From Opitutia bacterium (GTDB taxonomy: Bacteria > Verrucomicrobiota > Verrucomicrobiia > Opitutales > T3Sed10-336), in assembly GCA_050506795.1 (NCBI GenBank), contig JBJHCF010000020.1, forward strand, positions 23,763-87,762: 64,000 nt of DNA, given 5' to 3'. A model generated the notes under the pieces. It had not been told where the DNA came from. It did not search any database and was given only the letters and a program-made list of their open reading frames with translations. A program made the position numbers and the translations under genes. Each line of letters opens with the position of its first letter. Within the stretch, counting starts at the first letter, position 1. Below are positions 40,050 to 49,872 of this stretch, in pieces.

Positions 40050-40556
40050 CTAGAGCGGAATGAGGGAGCTGCGATTTTCTTCAGTTATCTCGTCGAGGGT
40101 CAAAAACCGGAGTATGGGAATCTGATTTCCTTCGGCGGAGCCTTCGGACCTTGCCGCCAGTGTGACATCAAGGTCCCGGGGTGACAGTCGAAACATGGCT
40201 CCGGTAATCGGGTCAACCACCAGGAAGCCGATCAGACCGCCAAAGACAATGTTTCCGATATACCATCCGTCGATCCGCGATTCGATGGTGCGGGAAGTCT
40301 GGTAATATCCGTCCCTTTCGAATTCGACGCGATAAGAGGCCGATCGAAAATACCCGTCGCTGGCGGACAGGGTCAAAGTAACGGGGGTCCGTCCCTGGTG
40401 CACCACCGCTCCGGTGCGAATGTTGGTAATGGTCAACTCCGCATCGGCAGGGGTGCTGCGGATTGAAATGGGATAATCCGATTTACTGACAATACTGGCA
40501 CATCCGGAAAGGATCAGGGCCAAGGTCAGGAGGAGAAAAGTCGACAGGTTCTTCAT
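40050..40556 (-). CDS. lipoprotein with PEGA-like domain
   Basis: Lipobox LSGC; S-P-A..G-TP PEGA-like segment; C-terminal GNIVFGGLIGFLVVDPITGAMF. Confidence 0.75.
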   Translation of the reverse strand: MKNLSTFLLLTLALILSGCASIVSKSDYPISIRSTPADAELTITNIRTGAVVHQGRTPVTLTLSASDGYFRSASYRVEFERDGYYQTSRTIESRIDGWYIGNIVFGGLIGFLVVDPITGAMFRLSPRDLDVTLAARSEGSAEGNQIPILRFLTLDEITEENRSSLIPL

Positions 40557-40688
40557 TGTCGTAATGACCGAAATACACCGCGAAAGAACGAAACGGTCAA
40601 TTCGATTCGCGACTCATCTTCCGAACCGCACCGGGGCAGTTTTGGCGGGATGCCGCAAACCGGCGGAGTCGGTACCAATCAGGAGCTA

Positions 40689-40758
40689 CCTGGAGGGCAA
40701 CGCTCCGCCGTTGCCGTCTGATCGGGAAATCGGCAACGGCGGAGCGTTGCCCTCCAGG
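40689..40758. repeat. perfect 28-bp inverted repeat with 14-nt spacer (REPIN-like)
   Basis: CCTGGAGGGCAACGCTCCGCCGTTGCCG (40689-40716) and its exact reverse complement (40731-40758); each arm is itself a small hairpin. Confidence 0.85.
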
Positions 40759-40821
40759 AAATCGTGCTCGATCCGCGCGCGACATATTCTGAAATAAGGG
40801 ACCAAGCGAGGTCCATCCAGG

Positions 40822-41496
40822 CTAATCGCGGTCGGCGACAAAGAGAAGGTAGGCCGCCCTCCGAGCTCCGCCGTGCACCTTGGCCGGGGTTTCGGTAACA
40901 ACGAACCCGTTTTGTTTCAGGCGCGCGGCGAATCTTGGGTCCGGACCCGCCGACCAGAAAACGGCCCTTCCGCCGGGCTTTAGGGCGCGGTGGATGTGCC
41001 TGAGGCCCGTTTGGGAGTAAAGTGATCGATTCGCTTCCGTCACCAAAGCCACCGGACCGTTGTCCACGTCGAGCAGAACCGCATCGTAGCGCCCTGCTTC
41101 CGAGCGACGAATCACCCTTCGGACGTCCTCCACTCGCACACGGACTCTCGGGTCCGCCAGGAGGTTCCCGTTAAGCGGCTGCAGGTGCGTCTGGTTCCAC
41201 TCCACCACTTCGGGCACCATCTCGACCACCTCGATTTCGGCGCCGGAACCGACCGATTCCAGAACGCGTCGAAGCGTGAATCCCAGTCCGAGGCCACCGA
41301 TCAGGATACGCATGTTCGTCACCTCTCCCCGGCCGGCGACACCGATTTCGCCCAGCAGCAACTCGGAAGCATTCGCCCGGGAATGCATAATCTCCCGGCC
41401 TTCATAATTGATGACAAAATCGCCGTCGTGCTCGTACAGCGCCATCACCCCGCCAGCGGGCAACGTGGCTTCGCCAAGTTTAATCCTCGGTTTCAT
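40822..41496 (-). CDS. spermidine-synthase-like SAM-dependent methyltransferase
   Basis: LIGGLGLGFTL, VVEMVPEVVEWN, YDAVLLDVDNGP. Confidence 0.85.
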   Translation of the reverse strand: MKPRIKLGEATLPAGGVMALYEHDGDFVINYEGREIMHSRANASELLLGEIGVAGRGEVTNMRILIGGLGLGFTLRRVLESVGSGAEIEVVEMVPEVVEWNQTHLQPLNGNLLADPRVRVRVEDVRRVIRRSEAGRYDAVLLDVDNGPVALVTEANRSLYSQTGLRHIHRALKPGGRAVFWSAGPDPRFAARLKQNGFVVTETPAKVHGGARRAAYLLFVADRD

Positions 41497-41568
41497 TGCT
41501 CGATTTGCATTTGGCCTGTTGGAACGGAAGAAGCCCTGGTAGCTGTCATCGAAGGGAGGCCCGGTTGG

Positions 41569-41793
41569 CTATTTCTTGCCGGGGACAAGCTCCCCCGTGT
41601 CGGGGTCGATATAGGGCTCCCCCCGCGCTTTGCGGCGGGCGAAAATCTCGTTGGCAAACGCATTCATTTCTTCGTTTGCCCTGAGCTTTTCATCGAAACT
41701 GAGTTGCCGCCATCCCCGGAGGTTCTCGCGCTCCGCTCCTTCGAATGTGGTTTTGGACCAGTCGATGTTGTCGGGATGGGATTCGTCGTTCAT
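41569..41793 (-). CDS. small hypothetical protein coupled to nucleotidyltransferase (possible antitoxin/partner)
   Basis: ATGA overlap with upstream gene; DWSKTTFEG..LSFDEKLR. Confidence 0.6.
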   Translation of the reverse strand: MNDESHPDNIDWSKTTFEGAERENLRGWRQLSFDEKLRANEEMNAFANEIFARRKARGEPYIDPDTGELVPGKK

Positions 41794-42299
41794 GGCAGAG
41801 GATCATTCTGAATTTTCTGCAGGTATTCAATATCGATGAGGTCTCTGGGCCGTCCGGCGACTCGTTTCATTTCAATGAGTGTGGGGATCGTGGCAAATCG
41901 AAGCTCGACTGCATCCGGGCCGGCCGTGGATCGTTTGGCCTGTTGCCACTCAGCCTCGAAATCGAACGGATGCTCCAGGAAAACATCGAGTTTGGTATCG
42001 GGAAACCGGTCGCTCCAGAATTGAAGAACCTCCATCTGCTTTTCCGTGTGCCACTGTTGGCGCAGTTCCGATTGACAAAATTGTTCCGCGGTAATCGGAA
42101 CCGACGGGCGGTAGCCGATTTTCCGAAGGGCTGCAAAGGCTGAAATAATGTTGTCCGGAACGAGTTCCAGAACGATGTCGGCGTCGCGGGTAACGCGAAG
42201 ATACCCGTGCTCAATAACGGCCAGTCCGCCCACGACAATGAAGCGTACGTTTTCCGCGCTCAAAGCCTCGGCGATCGCGTAGAAGGAAGCTGCTTTCAT
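41790..42299 (-). CDS. nucleotidyltransferase-family protein (DUF6036/AbiEii-related)
   Basis: VVGGLAVIEHGYLRVTRDADI N-terminal NTase motif; LIEMKRVAGRPRDLIDIEYL C-terminal motif. Confidence 0.8.
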   Translation of the reverse strand: MKAASFYAIAEALSAENVRFIVVGGLAVIEHGYLRVTRDADIVLELVPDNIISAFAALRKIGYRPSVPITAEQFCQSELRQQWHTEKQMEVLQFWSDRFPDTKLDVFLEHPFDFEAEWQQAKRSTAGPDAVELRFATIPTLIEMKRVAGRPRDLIDIEYLQKIQNDPLP

Positions 42300-42445
42300 G
42301 GTCGTGGTTCGCTGAGGTTTGCGCTGCCGTGTCCGTCGGCGGCGTGATGGAGGGTTGTTTGTTCAGGAAAAGGGTTCGGTTGATTCCTGGCAAGGTGGTT
42401 TTCGGGCGCGGTTTGGCGGCGTTGGCTCGAGGTGACGCCGGGCGG

Positions 42446-44290
42446 TCAGGCGGAGCGGGCTTCGTTGAATTCGCGGTAGAGTTCGGCGTAGTAGCCGTCG
42501 AGGGCGATGAGTTCATGGTGGGTGCCGCGTTCGAGGATGCGGCCGTCGCGCATGACGAATACCTGGTCCACCTTGCGGATGGTGCTGAGGCGGTGGGCGA
42601 TGAGGAAGCTGGTGCGGCCCTTGAGGAGTTTGAAAAGCGCCTTCTGCAGGCGGTTTTCCGTGAGGGCGTCGATGGAGCTGGTGGCTTCGTCGAGGACGAG
42701 GATGGCGGGATCGGCGAGCAGGGCCCGGGCGAAGCAGATCAACTGGCGTTGTCCGAGCGAAACGGAGGCGCCTTTTTCGCCGACCTCGGTGTCGAGGCCG
42801 TAGGGAAGTTTTTCGATGAGGTCGTCGCAGTCGAGTTGACGCAGGGCGTCCATCACTTCGTCGCGGGTGGCTTCGGGTTTCCCGAAGCGGATGTTGTCGA
42901 GGACGGTGCCGCTGAAGAGGAAGTTGTTCTGTTGCACCAGGCTCATTTTCCGGTGCAGGGATTCGGAACGAATGGTGCGGATTTCGCGGCCGTCGATGAG
43001 GACCTCGCCCTCGGTGGGAAGATAGAACTTTGAGAGCAGGTTGACGATGGAGCTTTTGCCCGAACCGGTGTGTCCGACCAAAGCGACGGATTGGCCGGGT
43101 TCGACGGTGAAATTGATGTCGCGCAACACCGGTCGTCCGGGATCGTAGGCGAAGCCAACATCGCGGAATTCGACCCTGCCGGTGACGTTGTCGAGGTCGG
43201 TGGCATCGTCGGCGTCCTGCCATTCCGGTTTTGTATCCAACAACCGGAACACCCGTTCCGCGCCTGCCATGGCGAGCAGCGCGTTGTTGAACTGGTTGCC
43301 GAGGACGCGGATAGGGGAAAAGAACAGGGTGGCCAGAAAGAAGAACGTGATGAGGTCGCCCACCTGCATGTCCATTCCGGGATCCAGGACGCGGTAGCCG
43401 CCGAAGACCAGGAGGATGGCGATAAAGAACTGGCTGTTCAGTTCCAGCAGGGGAATGAAGACCGCCGAGGTGCGTGCGAGCGCCAGGTTGTGGTGGGAGT
43501 GGTTCTGTACCAGGTCGCGGAAGAAGTGATGGTTGGTGTCTTCGCGGGCGAAGCCCTGGGTGACCCGGATGCCGTTGACCGATTCGGCGAGGTTGGCGGT
43601 GACCCGGCTGAAGCTGGCCTGAACCGCGCGGGTGGCGTCACTGAGGCGTTTGCGGAAATACCGATTGATGCCCCAGAGGATGGGCGCGAGCCCAAGAAGC
43701 ACCAGGAAGAGCACCTGGTCGTAATAGAGCATGAGGACCCCGGCGATGAGCATCTGACCGCCCTGGACGATGGCGACGAACAGGACGTTCTGCACGCCCT
43801 GACGGAGGATCTCCACGTCGGAGGTGACGCGGCTGATGATGCGGCCGAGTTTGGTCCGGTTGTAAAAGCTGATCGGCATTCGTTGCAGGTGCCGGAAAAT
43901 AGCGTCGCGCAAATCGTGCACCACCGCCTCTCCCAGCTCCAGCGCCAGGCGGGTGCGGAAGTGGAAGCAGAATTCGGTGAAGACGGCGAACGTGGCGAAA
44001 CCGGCGACGCTCCAGACGGTGGCACTGACGTTGCCCTCGGCGATGGGACCGCGAATAATGGCGCTCACCATCCACACCAACAGGGGGAGCTGCGCCGAAC
44101 GGAGGATCACCATGAGGAACAGCCAGTTTCGTTTGCCGGCGTAGGGGCGCGTGTAGGAAAAGAGCCGGGCGATGAGGGAGAACTGGAGCGGCCGGGTGAC
44201 CGCTTCGTCGTCGTCCCCGCGCCTGGCGGAGAGGGCGAACTTGCTGGGCGGCGGTGTATTCGCCGGTTTCGTTGCGGGATCGTCTTTCAC
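42446..44290 (-). CDS. ABC exporter, fused permease/ATPase (MdlB-like half)
   Basis: Six-TM domain, GHTGSGKS, degenerate signature VSLGQRQ, LDEATS. Confidence 0.92.
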   Translation of the reverse strand: MKDDPATKPANTPPPSKFALSARRGDDDEAVTRPLQFSLIARLFSYTRPYAGKRNWLFLMVILRSAQLPLLVWMVSAIIRGPIAEGNVSATVWSVAGFATFAVFTEFCFHFRTRLALELGEAVVHDLRDAIFRHLQRMPISFYNRTKLGRIISRVTSDVEILRQGVQNVLFVAIVQGGQMLIAGVLMLYYDQVLFLVLLGLAPILWGINRYFRKRLSDATRAVQASFSRVTANLAESVNGIRVTQGFAREDTNHHFFRDLVQNHSHHNLALARTSAVFIPLLELNSQFFIAILLVFGGYRVLDPGMDMQVGDLITFFFLATLFFSPIRVLGNQFNNALLAMAGAERVFRLLDTKPEWQDADDATDLDNVTGRVEFRDVGFAYDPGRPVLRDINFTVEPGQSVALVGHTGSGKSSIVNLLSKFYLPTEGEVLIDGREIRTIRSESLHRKMSLVQQNNFLFSGTVLDNIRFGKPEATRDEVMDALRQLDCDDLIEKLPYGLDTEVGEKGASVSLGQRQLICFARALLADPAILVLDEATSSIDALTENRLQKALFKLLKGRTSFLIAHRLSTIRKVDQVFVMRDGRILERGTHHELIALDGYYAELYREFNEARSA

Positions 44291-46209
44291 GGTTCACCTC
44301 CCCGGCCGTGGTCGTCGGGCGAAGAGTCGACGTCCGATTTCAGGGCGGTTTTGGCGGCGCGCTCCATTTCGGCGGCGTCCACCAGTTGCATCCGGGCGAC
44401 ACCGCGGTAGGGGCCCTTTTGTTGCATGAGTTCATCGTGGGAACCGGTTTGCACAATCCGTCCTTTGTCCAGGACCAGAATGCGGTCGGCGCGGCGCAGC
44501 GTGCTGAAGCGGTGGGCGACGATGAAGGTGGTGCGGCCGGCGATGACTCGGTTGAGGGCGGAGAAAATCTCTTCTTCCGTTTTGGCGTCGATTGCGGCGG
44601 TGGCGTCGTCGAGGATCAGGATGGTGGGATCCAGCAGGAGAGCCCGGGCGATGGCGAGCCGTTGTCGCTGGCCGCCGGAGAGGTTGACGCCGCCTTCGCC
44701 CAGGATGGTTTCGTAGCCTTCGGGCAGGTCCTTGATGAATTCGTGGGCGGCGGCCACGCGGGCGGCTTTTTCGATGGCCTCCTGATCGGCGTGGGGACGG
44801 CCAAACGCGATGTTGGCGGCGATGGTGTTGCTGAAAAGGAAACTCTCCTGGAAAACGATGCCGATGCAGCGCCGCAGGCTTTCCAGATCCCACTCCCGCA
44901 CGTCGATACCGTCGACCGAGATCGACCCCTGTTTGCAGTCGTAGAAGCGCGGCAGGAGGCTGAGCAAAACGCTCTTGCCGGCGCCGGTTTCACCCAGGAT
45001 GGCGATGCATTCGCCGGGTTTGGCTTCGAAACTGACATCCTCCAGCACCGGTTCGCCCGGCAGGTAGTTGAACCAGACCCGGTCGTAAACGACCCGGCCG
45101 CGGGGCTTCTCCACGGTTTTGGGATGGGTTGGATTCTCCACGGCGACAGGAGCATCCAGGACCTCGAACACCCGGCGGGCGCCGATGAGGCTTTGTTGGG
45201 CGCTGTTGGTGATGCCGGCGATCTGGTTGACTTTATCGGCCAGTTGCTGGAGCAGACCGGCGAAGACCACCAAACCGGTGCCCAGGGGGAAATCCTCGGC
45301 AATTACCAGGTAACCGCCGTAAGCCAGCAGAATGATGATGGAGACGTGGGAGAGGAAATTGACGCCCGGATTGTAGAAACTGATTTTCCAGAAAATATTG
45401 TTCTGCTGATCGCGGACGTGGGCGTTGCGCGCGGCGAACTTCTCCTCCTGGTCGCGTTCGCGGCCGAAGCCTTTGATTACGCTGGCGCCCTGGATGCACT
45501 CGGCCAGAAAGAGAATCATCTTGTCCACCAGGGTGCGGTTCTCCCGGTACATGGGTTTGACCCGGCGGGAGAAGAGAATGGTGATGGCGGCCAGGATGGG
45601 GAAGGGGGCGAGGCAGGCCAGCGTCAGCTTCACATGCATGGAAAACATGTAGGTGAGGAAGACGGTCAGGGTGACCAGCAGCACCAGGATGGGCAGCATG
45701 ACGCCGTCGATGAAGAGACGGAGATTCTGCACGTCGCCGGTCACCCTGTTGATGATGGAGCCGCTGGAATTGGCGTCGAAAAAGCGGAAGCTGAGCTGTT
45801 GCAGCTTGGAGTAAACCTGGGACCGGAGATTGACCACGATGTCGGCCTGCACCAGTTTTGCCACCGAGACGGCGTAAAAGTATTCCATGACCCCCTTGAT
45901 CACGGCGAAGAGACAGACCAGGCCGCCGATGAGAAAAATGACTGCCATGGTCGACCACGCTGCCGGCGCGGAGAGCCCGAAAGGCCATTCCGGCGGTGGA
46001 GCGCTGTCCGGATCGACCGCGAAGCGGATGACATCGATTCCCAGTCCGGTGAAGCTGAGCGCGCCCAAGGTCATCACCAGCAGAACGATTTGCAGCAGGA
46101 GAACGCGGGCGCTGGTGCCGCGGTAGTGGAAACTGATCTTCAGCAGGCGGAGGATCGTCGGCCAATTGCCGGAATCCTTATCCTGCCCCAACTGTTCGTT
46201 GTCCGGCAT
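44287..46209 (-). CDS. ABC exporter, fused permease/ATPase (MdlA-like half)
   Basis: GETGAGKS, LSGGQRQR, Walker B LDDAT (non-canonical); 4-nt overlap with partner gene. Confidence 0.92.
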   Translation of the reverse strand: MPDNEQLGQDKDSGNWPTILRLLKISFHYRGTSARVLLLQIVLLVMTLGALSFTGLGIDVIRFAVDPDSAPPPEWPFGLSAPAAWSTMAVIFLIGGLVCLFAVIKGVMEYFYAVSVAKLVQADIVVNLRSQVYSKLQQLSFRFFDANSSGSIINRVTGDVQNLRLFIDGVMLPILVLLVTLTVFLTYMFSMHVKLTLACLAPFPILAAITILFSRRVKPMYRENRTLVDKMILFLAECIQGASVIKGFGRERDQEEKFAARNAHVRDQQNNIFWKISFYNPGVNFLSHVSIIILLAYGGYLVIAEDFPLGTGLVVFAGLLQQLADKVNQIAGITNSAQQSLIGARRVFEVLDAPVAVENPTHPKTVEKPRGRVVYDRVWFNYLPGEPVLEDVSFEAKPGECIAILGETGAGKSVLLSLLPRFYDCKQGSISVDGIDVREWDLESLRRCIGIVFQESFLFSNTIAANIAFGRPHADQEAIEKAARVAAAHEFIKDLPEGYETILGEGGVNLSGGQRQRLAIARALLLDPTILILDDATAAIDAKTEEEIFSALNRVIAGRTTFIVAHRFSTLRRADRILVLDKGRIVQTGSHDELMQQKGPYRGVARMQLVDAAEMERAAKTALKSDVDSSPDDHGRGGEP

Positions 46210-46368
46210 CAACCCGTCCGGTCTCGCCGTGCAGGGGGCAGGGTCGGAAGGGAGTTAATGGCATCGAGACGTCTCATGGAACCGGAAACCCTGTTGGGTT
46301 TTCGCAACGGAGGCAAGCTTGGAGTGGGGTGGGGCGCGGTGCCGTACCGTACCGGGTCTACCGGCAAC

Positions 46369-46403
46369 AAAAAACCGGCTCGGAATCCGAGCCGGTTTTT
46401 TTT
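46369..46403 (-). terminator. rho-independent terminator (bidirectional shape) after the PEP-CTERM gene
   Basis: AAAAAACCGGCTCGGA-A-TCCGAGCCGGTTTTTTT hairpin with A/T tracts on both sides. Confidence 0.85.
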
Positions 46404-46427
46404 CGATTTTCTCCAGGGAGAAGGTCC

Positions 46428-47120
46428 TCAGGCTTTGCTGACTACCGTCGCGGTTTTTCGGCGACGACGGAACAGGACCAGGGAGAGGGCGGCGGCGCCG
46501 AAAAGACCGCCGATCAGGGACGGTTCCGGAATGACGGCGGCGTCGATTTGCGCCGAGCCGATGAGCGCCCCGGTCAAATCCGATGCGGCCAGACCTGCGT
46601 CGAAGAGGAATCCGGCGAACTCGGGGCTGACGAAGAGGTCGGCCTCGGCGAAAAAGGCTTCGGCGGAGGCGCTGAAGGTTTCCGTGGCCGGGGCGCCGAC
46701 GTCAAACAGGATCCCCAGTCCGCTAAAGGTGTCCTCCACGAAGAAGCCGCTAAGGCTCGGCGTTTCGGAAATCCGTCCGGCGTCAAACCCGATGTCGAAG
46801 TTGCCCACCGTGACTTCGTCCGTGGTACCCGAGATCAGAAAGGTCACACTGCCGGTGTGGCCGATGGACCCTCCCAGCGGAGTAAACGGATCAATATCGT
46901 AGGTGAAGGGCGTGCTGTTGGTGATGGCGAAGCCGACGGCGAAGCCTGGCGCGGCCGTCGCGGTGGGATCGGCCGACGATAGTTCAAGACTCGCGGCGGA
47001 TTCGAGGGTGGCGAAGTCGAGAGCGACACTGGTCTGTCCCCCGTTGACAAACACGGAAGCCTGGGCGGCCAGCGGCAGGCAGAGGGCGAGGAGTGGTGTG
47101 AGAAGGAGCTTGGTTTTCAT
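46428..47120 (-). CDS. PEP-CTERM sorting domain protein
   Basis: Signal peptide (AAQA-SV); C-terminal IPEPS + hydrophobic helix + RRRRK. Confidence 0.92.
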   Translation of the reverse strand: MKTKLLLTPLLALCLPLAAQASVFVNGGQTSVALDFATLESAASLELSSADPTATAAPGFAVGFAITNSTPFTYDIDPFTPLGGSIGHTGSVTFLISGTTDEVTVGNFDIGFDAGRISETPSLSGFFVEDTFSGLGILFDVGAPATETFSASAEAFFAEADLFVSPEFAGFLFDAGLAASDLTGALIGSAQIDAAVIPEPSLIGGLFGAAALSLVLFRRRRKTATVVSKA

Positions 47121-47590
47121 GGATTTAATCAGGTAGGTTATCGGTTGTTAGAAACGTTCAAAACGTTCTTTATAGGTTTATGTGTGAATAATCCCTTCCT
47201 GGTCAATGGAAAAGTTTCAGGAAAGGTCTTTTTTTTGCGCCGTTTGCCTCCGAAAGACATCTTGCCGAAGTTTCGGCGTCGAATTCACTATCGAATTTTG
47301 GCCTCTGGTAGGCTTTAGGTGGTCGATCTTTTCGAGTTTTCGGGTGCGTTTAAGGGTTTCGGCGGTATCACCGCGCGGGGGTGGAATTTTTGGGGGGAGA
47401 TCCGGTTTTCGATTTTGTTAATAAAACGTTCAAAACAGGCGTTTCCTCTACTTACCTGGATTCAATGTCGCTACTTGCGGTCCGGGATGGCGGGAAATTC
47501 GACGAGACAAACTCGCCTCGCAGGGAATCGCTCGATGCCGGGAGTTGTGCTTTGCGCGAAGGGGTGTCATTGTTTTTGCAACCAGCGTAG

Positions 47591-49852
47591 ATGAAAGATT
47601 TGGAGTCAGCGGAGAGCAGGGAGACGGAGCCCAGTCCATTTTGGGTCGAAGTGCTGAGCGAGTTCTTGCGGAATGAGGCCCGGGTGGAGGCGGTTCGATT
47701 CAACGACCGGAAACGGGCGTTGTCGGTCGCGACGTTCAGTGAGGTGGACGAGGCGTTGCTGGCGGAAAAGTTGCGGGCGGCGGTGGCGGCCGGGGAACGG
47801 CGTCAGCGGCGGCGGCCGGCGGAGTTCCGGGAGGAGGCGGCAACGCCGGGCTACATAGAGATCAGGAGTGAAGGGGATTCCACGGAGTTGACCAAGCCGA
47901 CTTGTCCCACCGCGCCCCGGTTCTGGCACTGGCGGGAGTTTGCCTGGCCGGAGGACGAGGGGCAGGGATGGTTTTCGGAGGAGTGGAAGCTGTTGGCCCT
48001 GTTGTCCGCGGTTTGCGGCGTGGCGGGTTTGACGGCTTGGCTTTTGTCCTGGTCGGAGACCGTGCCTTACGGGGTGTCGATGGGATTATACCTGATCGCA
48101 CTGACCGCCGGAGCCTGGGATGCGGCGATCGACGCCTGGTCGCTGTTGCGGCAAAGGAAAGTGGATATCCATTTTCTCATGCTGGCGGTTGCGGTGGGGG
48201 CCAGTCTGATTGGCGCTTACGGGGAGGCGGCGCTGTTGTTGTTCCTCTTTTCCGCTTCCGGAGCGATGGAGGCTTATGCGGAAACCCGCACGCAGAAGGA
48301 GATCCGATCGCTTTTTCATTTGAAGCCCCGGCAGGCGTTGCGGGTGGAGTCGGATGGCACGGAAGTGTGGACCGAGGTGGAAACATTGCGGGTGGGAGAC
48401 CACCTGCGGGTGCGGCCCGGCGATGTTTTCCCGGTGGACGGCGTGATCCTGGACGGAGAAACCGAAGCCGACGAATCGGCGCTGACCGGGGAGTCGCTGC
48501 CGGTGCTCAAAGGGGAGGAGGCACCGGTTTTCGGCGGCACGGTAAACCTGTCTGGATCGGTGGTGCTTCGGGTCAACCGTCCGGCGGAGGAAAGCGCGCT
48601 GGAGAAGATCATTCGCCTGATCCGCAACGCCCAGGCTTTCAAGGCGCCGGCGCAGCGATTCACCGACAAGTTTGGCGCCGGCTACACGCTGGCGGTCCTG
48701 GGAGCGGTGACGGTGATGTTTTTTGTTTGGTGGGCCGCGTTTTCCCATCCGCCGTTCCAGAATACCGAGGAGCAACGATCGGCCTTTTACCTGGCGATGA
48801 CCCTTTTGGTTGTCGCCAGTCCCTGCGCTCTGGTGATTTCCATTCCCTCGGCGATTCTGGCGGCGATCGCTTACGGGGCTCGAAGGGGAATCCTTTTTCG
48901 CGGGGGAGCGGCCATCGAAAACCTGGCGGAGGTGGACACCTTCTGTTTCGACAAGACCGGGACCCTGACCACGGGGGACTTTGAGGTGGTGGCGGTGGAA
49001 TCGTTTCCCGCGGGTACCGAGGGCGATATTCTCGCGGCGGCGGCCTCCCTGGAACGGCATTCCCGTCATCCATTGGCGCGGTCGATCGTGCGGCACGGTG
49101 AGGCGCGGGAGGCGCGGATTCTCCCGGTGGAAAACTTCCGCGCCTGGCACGGTCTGGGAGTGCGCGGCGAGGTGGCGGGAGTTTCGTGTCTGGTGGGCCG
49201 AAAGCCCGTTTTCGAAGAAGCCGACCTGGGGAAAGTGCTGGCTGAGGCGCCTCCGCCGGAGGCGGGCGTATCGGAAGTGTGGGTCCTTTACGGCGACAAG
49301 ATCGGGCGTTTGCTTCTGCGCGACCGGTTGCGTCCGGAGGCCGCCGGCCTGCTGCAAGATTTCCGTGGCCACGGAATAGGTTCCGTGATGCTGACCGGGG
49401 ATCATCCCGCGACCGCGGAGGCCTGTGCCCGGGAGGCGGGGCTAACCGAGGCTTACGGAGGGTTGTTGCCGGAAGACAAAGTGGAGCGGGTGAAAAGGAT
49501 GACCGAAGGGGGCCGAAAGGTGGCCATGGTGGGCGATGGGGTGAACGACGCGCCCAGCCTGGCGGCCGCCTTCGTCTCGGTTGGCATGGGCGTGCGGGGG
49601 AGCGACGCCGCGCTGGAGCAGTGTGATTTCGTCCTCATGCGCGATGACCTCGGGAATCTGTTGACGGCCTGGCGACTCAGTCGCAAAGCGCGAGCCATAA
49701 TTCGTCAGAATCTGGCCATCGCCCTGGGAACGGTGGTGGTGATGGTTTGCCTGGCGATGGGCGCTCTGGTCCCGCTCCCGGTGGCCGTGCTGGCGCACGA
49801 GGGCAGTACCGTGCTGGTCTGTCTGAACAGCCTGCGGTTGCTGCGGGGGTAA
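47591..49852 (+). CDS. heavy-metal translocating P1B-type ATPase (P1B-4 subgroup)
   Basis: LTGES, SPC in the metal-binding helix, DKTGTLT, HP, TGD, GDGVNDAP, HEGST in the last helix. Confidence 0.92.
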   Translation: MKDLESAESRETEPSPFWVEVLSEFLRNEARVEAVRFNDRKRALSVATFSEVDEALLAEKLRAAVAAGERRQRRRPAEFREEAATPGYIEIRSEGDSTELTKPTCPTAPRFWHWREFAWPEDEGQGWFSEEWKLLALLSAVCGVAGLTAWLLSWSETVPYGVSMGLYLIALTAGAWDAAIDAWSLLRQRKVDIHFLMLAVAVGASLIGAYGEAALLLFLFSASGAMEAYAETRTQKEIRSLFHLKPRQALRVESDGTEVWTEVETLRVGDHLRVRPGDVFPVDGVILDGETEADESALTGESLPVLKGEEAPVFGGTVNLSGSVVLRVNRPAEESALEKIIRLIRNAQAFKAPAQRFTDKFGAGYTLAVLGAVTVMFFVWWAAFSHPPFQNTEEQRSAFYLAMTLLVVASPCALVISIPSAILAAIAYGARRGILFRGGAAIENLAEVDTFCFDKTGTLTTGDFEVVAVESFPAGTEGDILAAAASLERHSRHPLARSIVRHGEAREARILPVENFRAWHGLGVRGEVAGVSCLVGRKPVFEEADLGKVLAEAPPPEAGVSEVWVLYGDKIGRLLLRDRLRPEAAGLLQDFRGHGIGSVMLTGDHPATAEACAREAGLTEAYGGLLPEDKVERVKRMTEGGRKVAMVGDGVNDAPSLAAAFVSVGMGVRGSDAALEQCDFVLMRDDLGNLLTAWRLSRKARAIIRQNLAIALGTVVVMVCLAMGALVPLPVAVLAHEGSTVLVCLNSLRLLRG

Positions 49853-49872
49853 GAGGATTGGAGTGGGGGAGG

